Source: an uncultured Planctomycetales bacterium
GTDB taxonomy: Bacteria; Omnitrophota; Gorgyraeia; Gygaellales; Profunditerraquicolaceae
DNA: 52,666 nucleotides
NCBI GenBank assembly: GCA_964603585.1
Contig: CAZRVK010000005.1
Location: 18,609 to 71,274, forward strand
Direction: 5' to 3'
Below are positions 45,762-52,666 of the stretch, in pieces. The position numbers and the translations under genes are program-made. The notes under the pieces are model-generated. The model had not been told where the DNA came from, searched no databases, and was given only the letters and a program-made list of their open reading frames with translations. Each line of letters starts with the position of its first letter. Position 1 is the first letter of the stretch.

Positions 45762-46773
45762 GCGCATAGTTATTTTTAATGTTAACTGGTTGGGGGATGT
45801 GTTGTTTTCTACTCCGGTGATCCGCGCTTTGCGTCAAAGTTATCCGCAGGCTTATTTGGCCTGCATTATCCCCGCACGCTGCCTGCCGGTTTTAGAGGCA
45901 AATCCTTACTTGGATGAGATCATATTTTTCGATGACAGATCGACACATAAAAGCCTCTTTGCCAAGATCAATTTTATTTTTACCCTGAAAAAAAGGAGAT
46001 TCGATACGGCGATTTTACTGCATGGATCACTTACCCGGGCGTTAATTTCTAAGCTGGCGGGTATCCCCGAGAGGATAGGTTATGATACTAAGCGCCGGGG
46101 TTTTCTCTTGACCCGTAAGATCAATCCTCCCCGCGTGGATAGCCTGCACCGGGTTGATTATTATCTCGGAGTTATTCAGGCCTGGGGAGTAAAGCCTGTT
46201 GGGCAGAGGCTTGATCTTTTCCTGGATCCAAATGACCAAAAGGGTTGCGATGATTTTCTTGGCCGCAGCGGCCTGACCCCGGATGATATTATCGTAGGGA
46301 TAAATCCCGGAGGGAATTGGCTTCCTAAACGCTGGCCAACGGAGTCATGGAAAAAACTTTCTGATAAATTGATCGCGGATTTAGGAGTAAAGGTGGTAGT
46401 TACCGGAGGTTTAGAGGATTTGGCGTTTGCCGAAGAGATCGCGCATGGAGGGGGGGCGGTTATTGCTGCAGGTAAACTCAACTTAAGGCAATCCGCGGCT
46501 TTGTTCAAGAGGCTGAATATCTTTATTTGTGCGGATACCGGGCCGCTGCATATTGCGAATGCAGTAGGTGCAAAGAAAATTATTGCCCTGTTTGGTCCAA
46601 CTGACGCGTGTTTAACCGGGCCGATCCCGGATGAGAATGTATGTATTTTGCAAAAGAATATCGGATGCACTATCCCTTGTTATCAGAAGAATTGTCCGGA
46701 TAACCGGTGCATGAAAGCAATAGGGGTAGATGAGGTTTTTACGCAAGTAAGAAAAATGATTGGAGTTAATTAG
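45748..46773 (+). CDS. waaF: Lipopolysaccharide heptosyltransferase II-like (GT9)
   Basis: NWLGDVLFSTP, INPGGNWLPKRWP, DTGPLHIA, LFGPT. Confidence 0.8.
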   Translation: MQKNKRIVIFNVNWLGDVLFSTPVIRALRQSYPQAYLACIIPARCLPVLEANPYLDEIIFFDDRSTHKSLFAKINFIFTLKKRRFDTAILLHGSLTRALISKLAGIPERIGYDTKRRGFLLTRKINPPRVDSLHRVDYYLGVIQAWGVKPVGQRLDLFLDPNDQKGCDDFLGRSGLTPDDIIVGINPGGNWLPKRWPTESWKKLSDKLIADLGVKVVVTGGLEDLAFAEEIAHGGGAVIAAGKLNLRQSAALFKRLNIFICADTGPLHIANAVGAKKIIALFGPTDACLTGPIPDENVCILQKNIGCTIPCYQKNCPDNRCMKAIGVDEVFTQVRKMIGVN

Positions 46774-46780
46774 CATTGTA

Positions 46781-46836
46781 GCAATAAAGGGCAATAAAGG
46801 CAATAAAGGGCAATAAAGGGGACGTTTCTATTTTTT
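46781..46836 (+). repeat. (GCAATAAAGG)x4 tandem leading into solo GGGGACGTTTCTA arm, locus F
   Basis: gcaataaagg gcaataaag gcaataaagg gcaataaagg ggacgtttctatttttt. Confidence 0.92.
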
Positions 46837-46854
46837 CGAACTAAACTCATTTTC

Positions 46855-46876
46855 GGGGCGGTCGCAACCGCACCCC
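46855..46876 (+). repeat. REP hairpin lacking GTAG foot
   Basis: ggggcggtcgcaaccgcacccc. Confidence 0.7.
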
Positions 46877-46913
46877 ACAGGGTATATCCCTTTATAAGGG
46901 GATAAGGATAAAT

Positions 46914-48956
46914 ATGGTTAGGAAGATCCTTTTTATCACTTTAAGTAATCTCGGGGATATGGTTCTTACTTTTCCGTCACTGGATTATTTGCGGGTGGTA
47001 TTTAGCGAGGCCAGTATAACCGTTATTTCCGGTGAGCGCGGCAAAGAATTATTTGAAAACAATCCGTCGGTTTTTCGTTGGATAGCTTTTGATAAGCATG
47101 CCGCTCTAAGGGAAAAATTTTCTTTACTGCAAACTCTCCAAAAAGAAAGATTTGATTTGATCATAGATTTACGTAACAGTTTTTTTGGGGTATATCTTAA
47201 GGCCCAATATAAAACCAGTCTTTTTTTACTTCCTCCGAAGCAGATCCTGCATATGCGGGACCGGCACCTGTATAAGATCCAAAGTGTTTTATCCAATATA
47301 GGCCTTTCAAAGGTAAGGGATGTTCAGAAAGTAGCATTACATATAACGGAATCCGATAAAGATTATGTGGGGGATTTGCTAAAAAAGAATGGCGTGATCT
47401 GGGAGGATCGTATCATTGCGATCTCCGTTGGCGCGCGCAGCCACATTAAGCGCTGGAAAGAAGAGAAATTTGCGGAATTAGTATTCTCTTTGGCTAAGGA
47501 ACCAAAGGTAAAAATGGTTCTGGTGGGAGACTCCCAGGATGCACCGATTGCTGAACGCATTATTGAACTTAGTAAAGTCCCGGCAATCAATTTTACCGGT
47601 AAAACCACTTTTTTACAGTTGGCAAGTTTATTTCAAATGTCGGCTTGTGTAATTACTAATGACAGCGCGGCTTTGCACCTGGCAAGTTATCTGGACCGTC
47701 CGGTTGTGGCGATCTTCGGGCCGACGGATGAATCGAAATACGGCCCTTGGTCAAGAATCAGCGCAGTGGTAAAAAAAGAAGTCTTCTGCCGTCCGTGTGA
47801 ATTGGCGCAATGCCAGTTTGGCACGTTAAAGTGTATGGAGATCATTAAGACAGAAGATGTGTTAGGGCAAGTAAGGAATATCCTGGATACAGGTATGTTC
47901 CTGGCTGTAAGTAGAAGCGAATTTAAGCGCATACTCATCGTACGCACGGACAGGATCGGAGATGTTGTGCTTTCTACCCCGGTCATTAAAGCATTGAGGG
48001 ATGGGTTTCCCCAGGCATATATTACAATGATGGTTTCTCCTTATGCTGCGGGAGTAGTTGAGGGGAATCCGTATTTGGATGAGGTGATTGTTTATGATAA
48101 AGATAAAGAACACAAAAGCTGGTGGAGTTCTTTTAACTTTTGTCGAGAGCTCTCCAGAAGAAAATTTGACCTGGCGGTCATTTTGCATCCGACGAACCGG
48201 GCACACCTTTTAGCTTTTCTTGCCGGGATTCCCCGGCGGGTTGGGTATGACAAGAAACTGGGGTTTTTGCTCACTGATAAATTATTACATTCCAAGCAGT
48301 TGGGTGAAAAACACGAAATAGGATACAATCTGGATCTGGTACGTGTGCTTGGACTTGATCCTAAAGATTGCCTGCCTTTTGTGCCGATTAAGCCCGAGGC
48401 AGAAGCCTGGGCAAACCAGGAATTGGCTGCTGCCGGGATCAAAAAAACCGAGAAGATATTAGTAATCCACCCCGGGGCAAGCTGTCCTTCGAAGATTTGG
48501 CCTCCGGATCGTTTCGCGGCAAGCGGGGATAGATTGATCGAACGGTACGGTTTTAAAGCCGTGATTATTTCTGGGCCAAAAGATATTGGTTTGGCTGATG
48601 ATCTGGAAAAAATGATGAAACATTCTGCATTGAATCTTGCTGGTAAGACTACAGTGGAACAGATGGCGAGTATTTTAAAAAGAAGCCGGCTTTTTATCTC
48701 CAACGACTCTGGTCCAGTGCATATTGCTTCAGCTTTAGGGGTGCCGGTTGTTTCTATTTTTGGCCGTTCCCAGGCTGGATTAAGCCCTAAACGTTGGGGG
48801 CCGAGCGGTTCAAACAGCCGTATTTTGCATAGAGAAGTGGGTTGTATCGAATGCCTGGCGCACAATTGTGTTAAGGGTTTTGCATGTTTAAAAGCGATTA
48901 CTGTAGAGGATGTAATGATGGCTGTCTCGGAATTATTGGAAGTAAATAAAACTTAA
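46914..48956 (+). CDS. Tandem GT9::GT9 heptosyltransferase-like fusion
   Basis: SNLGDMVL..TNDSAALH..FGPT, then DRIGDVVLSTP..SNDSGPVH..FGRS. Confidence 0.9.
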   Translation: MVRKILFITLSNLGDMVLTFPSLDYLRVVFSEASITVISGERGKELFENNPSVFRWIAFDKHAALREKFSLLQTLQKERFDLIIDLRNSFFGVYLKAQYKTSLFLLPPKQILHMRDRHLYKIQSVLSNIGLSKVRDVQKVALHITESDKDYVGDLLKKNGVIWEDRIIAISVGARSHIKRWKEEKFAELVFSLAKEPKVKMVLVGDSQDAPIAERIIELSKVPAINFTGKTTFLQLASLFQMSACVITNDSAALHLASYLDRPVVAIFGPTDESKYGPWSRISAVVKKEVFCRPCELAQCQFGTLKCMEIIKTEDVLGQVRNILDTGMFLAVSRSEFKRILIVRTDRIGDVVLSTPVIKALRDGFPQAYITMMVSPYAAGVVEGNPYLDEVIVYDKDKEHKSWWSSFNFCRELSRRKFDLAVILHPTNRAHLLAFLAGIPRRVGYDKKLGFLLTDKLLHSKQLGEKHEIGYNLDLVRVLGLDPKDCLPFVPIKPEAEAWANQELAAAGIKKTEKILVIHPGASCPSKIWPPDRFAASGDRLIERYGFKAVIISGPKDIGLADDLEKMMKHSALNLAGKTTVEQMASILKRSRLFISNDSGPVHIASALGVPVVSIFGRSQAGLSPKRWGPSGSNSRILHREVGCIECLAHNCVKGFACLKAITVEDVMMAVSELLEVNKT

Positions 48957-49019
48957 GATTATTGATTAAATGCCGATTTAAAGTATGCTAATACTATTAT
49001 CTTTAGATTAAGTTTCATT

Positions 49020-49047
49020 GCAGGGGTCAGTCGTGACCGCCCATTAC
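49020..49047 (+). repeat. Degenerate GTAG-type REP (GCAG)
   Basis: gcaggggtcagtcgtgaccgcccattac. Confidence 0.7.
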
Positions 49048-49061
49048 AGAAAAAAAAAAGA

Positions 49062-49147
49062 AAAAAAGGGGACGTTTCTATTTTTTATCTATCTTAATTG
49101 CTAAAAAAATAGAAACGTCCCCTTTTTTGGAAACGTCCCCTTTTTTG
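49062..49147. repeat. GGGGACGTTTCTA element locus G
   Basis: Arms 49062-49086 / 49104-49128, 17-nt loop, extra partial arm 49130-49147. Confidence 0.95.
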
Positions 49148-49167
49148 CCCTTTTTTGATAAAAAGTC

Positions 49168-49196
49168 TTGATATTGCTAATTTATTCTAATATACT
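49168..49196 (+). promoter_or_regulatory. Sigma70-like promoter
   Basis: TTGATA-17-TATACT; implies true start at ATG 49234 rather than TTG 49168. Confidence 0.65.
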
Positions 49197-49233
49197 AATA
49201 TTATTATTTTTCAGTCAAAAATCCCGCAGGCTT

Positions 49234-50829
49234 ATGAATAAACTGCTCATTTTGTTTTTAAAGTTTATTTCCATTCCAGTTTTTTTATTTTGTTTTTCCT
49301 CCTTCCAGTATGCTTTCGCTAACAATATGGCGGTAAGTAGTGTGATTTTGACCTCACAAGATACAGGTGCTGATACCGTCAAGGTCCAATTCAATATCTC
49401 TTGGGCTAATTCCTGGCGGGACGCTGCAAATTACGATGCCGCCTGGGTGTTTGCTAAATATTCTACCGATGGAGCGACTTGGAAACACCTGACTTTAAAG
49501 AGTTCAGGGACTAATCCTTCGGGATTTGTTACCGGAAGCGGCACATCGATACAGATCGTGGTGCCAACTGATAAAAAGGGGTGTTTTATCCAGCGTTCCG
49601 GCAATGGCACAGGCACTTTGACCACCACCGGTATAAACCTGGTTTGGGACTATGGCACTGACGGATTAGGAGACAGCGATATCTTTACTGCGAATATGCG
49701 CCTGAAAGTATTTGCGATCGAGATGATATATATCCCAGCCGCAAGTTTTTATATTGGCGATGGCAATGGGACAACCGAGTCGGTTTATGCATTTCATAGC
49801 GGTACCAGTAATTCTGCGGCATTGATCGGTACGTCTTTGACTAGAAATATCCGGACTGATTTTGCTCTAAATAATGATGATACTCAGCTTACTGGTACGG
49901 GAGCAGGTTCAGGCCTGGGTATTGGCGGTTCGGGTGTATGGTCGGGCTTAGATACTAATAATGACGGCACTATTGATAATGCCAGTTTCCCTACTGGATA
50001 TAATCCATTTTACCTGATGAAGTATGAAGTCACCGAAGGCCAATGGGTGGAATTCTTTAATACTTTAACCAGTGCCCAAAAAACCGCAAGAGACCTTACG
50101 GGTGCAGCCGGTAAAAACAGTCAGGCAGTAGAGTCTCGCAACACTATTGCCTGGTCTGGTGGGACAAGTGATGCGACTACTATCCGGGAAAATCGGGCAT
50201 GTAATTATCTTTCCTGGTCAGATTTGATGGCTTATGCGGATTGGGCGGGTTTGCGACCTATGACAGAACTGGAATTCGAAAAAGCCTGCCGTGGCTCTAC
50301 TGCTTCTGTGTATGCAGAATATGCCTGGGGTAATAGCAGTGTAACACAGGCAGCGACTATTTCTGGTAGTGAAGATGGGACAGAAACGGTTACTAATTCC
50401 GGAGCAAATTGTAATTTTAATGCGATAACTTTTACTGGAGGAGATGGAGGGCAAGGCCCATTACGCGCAGGCATTTTTGCTACCAGTGCTTCTACTCGAG
50501 CGGTTGCTGGAGCAGGTTATTATGGGAATATGGAGTTATCTGGCAATAATTGGGAAAGAGCTGTAACTGTAGGTAATAGTACTGGAAGGTCATTTCAAGG
50601 TACGCATGGAGATGGCAGTTTAACCACTGCAGGTTTCGGCACTAATACTGATTGGCCGGGATATATTACCGGTAGTGGTATATCAGATGTTCAAGGTTCT
50701 GGTCTTCGCGGTAGCAGCTGGGCCGATGATTCAGACAAAGCACGTTCATCCAATCGTAGTTATGCTTCTTTCGCGTATGATGGCCGTGAAAATTTTACCG
50801 GAGGCAGGTTGGCCAGAACTTTAAATTAA
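49234..50829 (+). CDS. Secreted FGE-sulfatase/SUMF1-fold (CLec-like) protein
   Basis: Signal peptide ending AFA; FYLMKYEVT, SWSDLMAYADWAGLRPMTELEFEKACRG, MELSGNNWE, RGSSW, GGRLAR. Confidence 0.88.
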   Translation: MNKLLILFLKFISIPVFLFCFSSFQYAFANNMAVSSVILTSQDTGADTVKVQFNISWANSWRDAANYDAAWVFAKYSTDGATWKHLTLKSSGTNPSGFVTGSGTSIQIVVPTDKKGCFIQRSGNGTGTLTTTGINLVWDYGTDGLGDSDIFTANMRLKVFAIEMIYIPAASFYIGDGNGTTESVYAFHSGTSNSAALIGTSLTRNIRTDFALNNDDTQLTGTGAGSGLGIGGSGVWSGLDTNNDGTIDNASFPTGYNPFYLMKYEVTEGQWVEFFNTLTSAQKTARDLTGAAGKNSQAVESRNTIAWSGGTSDATTIRENRACNYLSWSDLMAYADWAGLRPMTELEFEKACRGSTASVYAEYAWGNSSVTQAATISGSEDGTETVTNSGANCNFNAITFTGGDGGQGPLRAGIFATSASTRAVAGAGYYGNMELSGNNWERAVTVGNSTGRSFQGTHGDGSLTTAGFGTNTDWPGYITGSGISDVQGSGLRGSSWADDSDKARSSNRSYASFAYDGRENFTGGRLARTLN

Positions 50830-50837
50830 ATTTCATT

Positions 50838-50865
50838 GTAGGGGGCGGTTATGACCGCCCCCTAC
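50838..50865 (+). repeat. GTAG-type REP hairpin
   Basis: gtagggggcggttatgaccgccccctac. Confidence 0.88.
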
Positions 50866-50883
50866 CTGTTAGAAAAAAAAGGT

Positions 50884-50952
50884 AAAAAAGGGGACGTTTC
50901 TATTTTTTCGCGAATTAAGGAAGGATGAAAAATAGAAACGTCCCCTTTTTTT
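50884..50952. repeat. GGGGACGTTTCTA element locus H
   Basis: Arms about 50884-50909 / 50927-50951, ~17-nt loop. Confidence 0.95.
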
Positions 50953-51004
50953 GAGCCTTTTTTAATTGATTTAATTTGGTTTTGTGATAAAATTAAACGT
51001 TCGA

Positions 51005-51934
51005 ATGATTGATACCACTAAAATAAAGACATACTCCATAAAAAAACGGTATAGCAAGGTAAACCTGGCGGATTTTGCCGGGGCTCCTAAGCTAGGGATT
51101 TCTTTTGCCAAATTCTTAGATTCCTTGCCCAATATTTTAAAGGCAAAAGATATTCTTTCGGCCAGAGATGCGATCGTTAAAGCGCATAAGAAAAACAAGG
51201 CCGTGATTTTTATGGCTGGCGCTCATGTGATCAAATGTGGGCTTAATCCGGTAGTGATTGATTTGATCCGCCGTAAGGTCATCACCTGTATTGTCCTGAA
51301 TGGCGCCTGTGTGATCCATGATTTCGAGCTGGCTTTTCAAGGCAAGACTTCCGAGGATGTTGCGGTTAACCTGGAATGCGGGACATTTGGCATGGGCAAG
51401 GAAACCGCGGATTTTATAAATTATGCGGTTAAAGATGGAGTTTCCCGTGGCCTGGGGTTTGGCGCGTCTGTAGCAAAAGCGCTTGCGAAGGCGAATTTGC
51501 CGCATAAAGATTTAAGCCTGCTTTATAACGCTTATAAATATAAAGTCCCGGTTTGTGTGCAGGTAGCGATCGGAACAGATATTATCCACCAGCATCCTTC
51601 TTTTGATGCCGCATCTGCTGGAGAAGGTTCAGGCAGGGATTTTAAACAACTTGCAGAGAGTATTATCCGCCTTGACAACGGCGGGGTGGTCTTAAATTTC
51701 GGGTCAGCGGTGATCTTGCCGGAAGTATTTCTAAAGGCGTTGAATCTATCGCGCAATCTGGGTTATAAAGTAAAAGATTTCACCACCGCAAACTTCGATA
51801 TGATCTATCAATACCGGCCCAGCCAGAATGTAGTTACCCGGCCGGTGATCGGCGGAGGCAAAGGGTATTATATAATTGGCCACCATGAGATTATGCTGCC
51901 GCTTTTGGCACAGGCGGTAGTGGATAAGTTATAG
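51005..51934 (+). CDS. Conserved hypothetical protein with deoxyhypusine-synthase-like fold
   Basis: FMAGAHVIKCGL, NGACVIHDFE, TSEDV, AIGTDIIH, GSAVILPEVFLKAL, GHHEIMLPLL. Confidence 0.75.
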   Translation: MIDTTKIKTYSIKKRYSKVNLADFAGAPKLGISFAKFLDSLPNILKAKDILSARDAIVKAHKKNKAVIFMAGAHVIKCGLNPVVIDLIRRKVITCIVLNGACVIHDFELAFQGKTSEDVAVNLECGTFGMGKETADFINYAVKDGVSRGLGFGASVAKALAKANLPHKDLSLLYNAYKYKVPVCVQVAIGTDIIHQHPSFDAASAGEGSGRDFKQLAESIIRLDNGGVVLNFGSAVILPEVFLKALNLSRNLGYKVKDFTTANFDMIYQYRPSQNVVTRPVIGGGKGYYIIGHHEIMLPLLAQAVVDKL

Positions 51935-51940
51935 ATAAGT

Positions 51941-51972
51941 GTGGCGTTGTGACCGGGTGACTTTGTGCCCAA
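51941..51972. repeat. Degenerate octamer tandem (GTGnCnnn)4
   Basis: gtggcgtt gtgaccgg gtgacttt gtgcccaa. Confidence 0.55.
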
Positions 51973-51992
51973 TATTACTTTACGTGTAAACT

Positions 51993-52666
51993 ATGGATTT
52001 AAAGAATCTCCCAAAGATCATTTCCAGGTTCCCTAAGGCTAATATTTTAGTCATCGGCGACCTTATCCTTGACCAGTATATCTGGGGCGGGGTGGACAGG
52101 GTTTCTCCAGAAGCTCCTGTGCCGGTAGTTTGGGCGAATAAACGCACCTATGTCCCGGGTGGGGCGGCTAATGTCGCAAATAATATCCGTTCCCTTGACG
52201 GCCGGGTTACTTTATTGGGCGTGACCGGGGATGATGAACATTCCAGGATATTGCTTGCAGGCCTTAAGAAAAGGGATATTGATACCCGGGGGATTTTCCC
52301 TCAACAACGGCGTTATACTACCTTAAAGACCAGGGTGATTGCCGGGCATCAGCAGGTGGTCAGGGTCGATTGGGAAGACCGTGAGGTTTTATCTGAAAAG
52401 TTGAATCAGAGGATCCTCGAATTCATCAAGGATAATTTATCTGATTTTGATGCTGTCGTGATCGAAGATTACGGAAAAGGTGTGGTTAATGCCAACCTGC
52501 TAAAAGAATTAAGTTCGTTGACCAGAAAAAACAAAACGATCGTGACTGTTGACCCCAAAGAGGAAAACTTCCAGTATTATACCGGGGTTACTTCGATCAC
52601 TCCTAACCGCAAGGAATTGGAAAACGCGATCCGGAATTTAAAGATTAAAGACAATACCAACCGGTT
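51993..52666 (+). CDS. rfaE1: Heptose-7-phosphate kinase (HldE/RfaE kinase domain), 3'-truncated by window edge
   Basis: MDLKNLPK..ILVIGDLILDQYIWG.VDRVSPEAPVPV..PGGAANVANN..DYGKG..VDPK..TPN; not in ORF track because incomplete. Confidence 0.92.
   Translation, partial: MDLKNLPKIISRFPKANILVIGDLILDQYIWGGVDRVSPEAPVPVVWANKRTYVPGGAANVANNIRSLDGRVTLLGVTGDDEHSRILLAGLKKRDIDTRGIFPQQRRYTTLKTRVIAGHQQVVRVDWEDREVLSEKLNQRILEFIKDNLSDFDAVVIEDYGKGVVNANLLKELSSLTRKNKTIVTVDPKEENFQYYTGVTSITPNRKELENAIRNLKIKDNTNR

Noticed and set aside
46877-46903. Overlapping short palindromes (AGGGTATATCCCT, CCCTTTATAAGGG), similar to CCCTTTTAAAGGG at 12255
   Set aside because: Only two short, low-complexity instances; cannot be distinguished from chance without a genome-wide count.
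49168-49233. TTG start and N-terminal extension of the FGE-fold ORF
   Set aside because: The TTG is the -35 hexamer of a good promoter; ATG 49234 gives a normal signal peptide.
10488-50952. Repeats as a CRISPR array or integron attC sites
   Set aside because: Dispersed rather than regularly spaced, no spacers or cas genes, no RYYYAAC/GTTRRRY core boxes, and xerC is a housekeeping-type recombinase in its usual topA context.
614-51756. Numerous antisense and alternate-frame ORFs in the track (e.g. 614-1078, 1748-2488, 24617-25105, 48092-48865)
   Set aside because: They overlap well-supported genes, and lack RBSs and recognisable motifs; shadow ORFs.

Overview
A 52.7-kb, gene-dense, mostly plus-strand stretch of a diderm bacterial chromosome. 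Gene content and style suggest Candidatus Omnitrophota/PVC (inference only). It carries purD(partial)-small Cys-rich ORF-purE, a tsaC::LMW-phosphatase fusion-rpiB-glyA-dCMP deaminase-nrdR operon, a tRNA nucleotidyltransferase, an ECF sigma/anti-sigma pair, nth, a PilZ gene, a TolC/HlyD/ABC-2 efflux operon, UvrD-like and Ski2-like helicases, greA, aroC-aroK, dprA-topA-xerC, and a large LPS cluster (waaA, lpxK, LpxL fusion, GT4/GT9 fusions, deacetylase, heptose kinase partial). I saw no tRNA, rRNA, CRISPR array, transposase or reverse transcriptase. Most notable observations: (1) a layered system of small non-coding repeats: an AAAGGGGACGTTTCTATTTTT inverted-repeat family at 7 intergenic loci, GTAG-type REP hairpins at 6 loci (7 copies), and a 20-bp palindrome inserted cleanly into one copy, with a probable decayed in-frame copy inside aroC; two accessory genes are bracketed by these repeats; (2) a winged-HTH domain fused in frame ahead of the signal peptide of TolC, with a candidate operator; (3) an orphan RiPP-precursor-like peptide between purD and purE; (4) an unannotated 51-aa ORF plus two structured-RNA candidates upstream of the PilZ gene. 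All family assignments come from motif recognition by eye; no searches were run.
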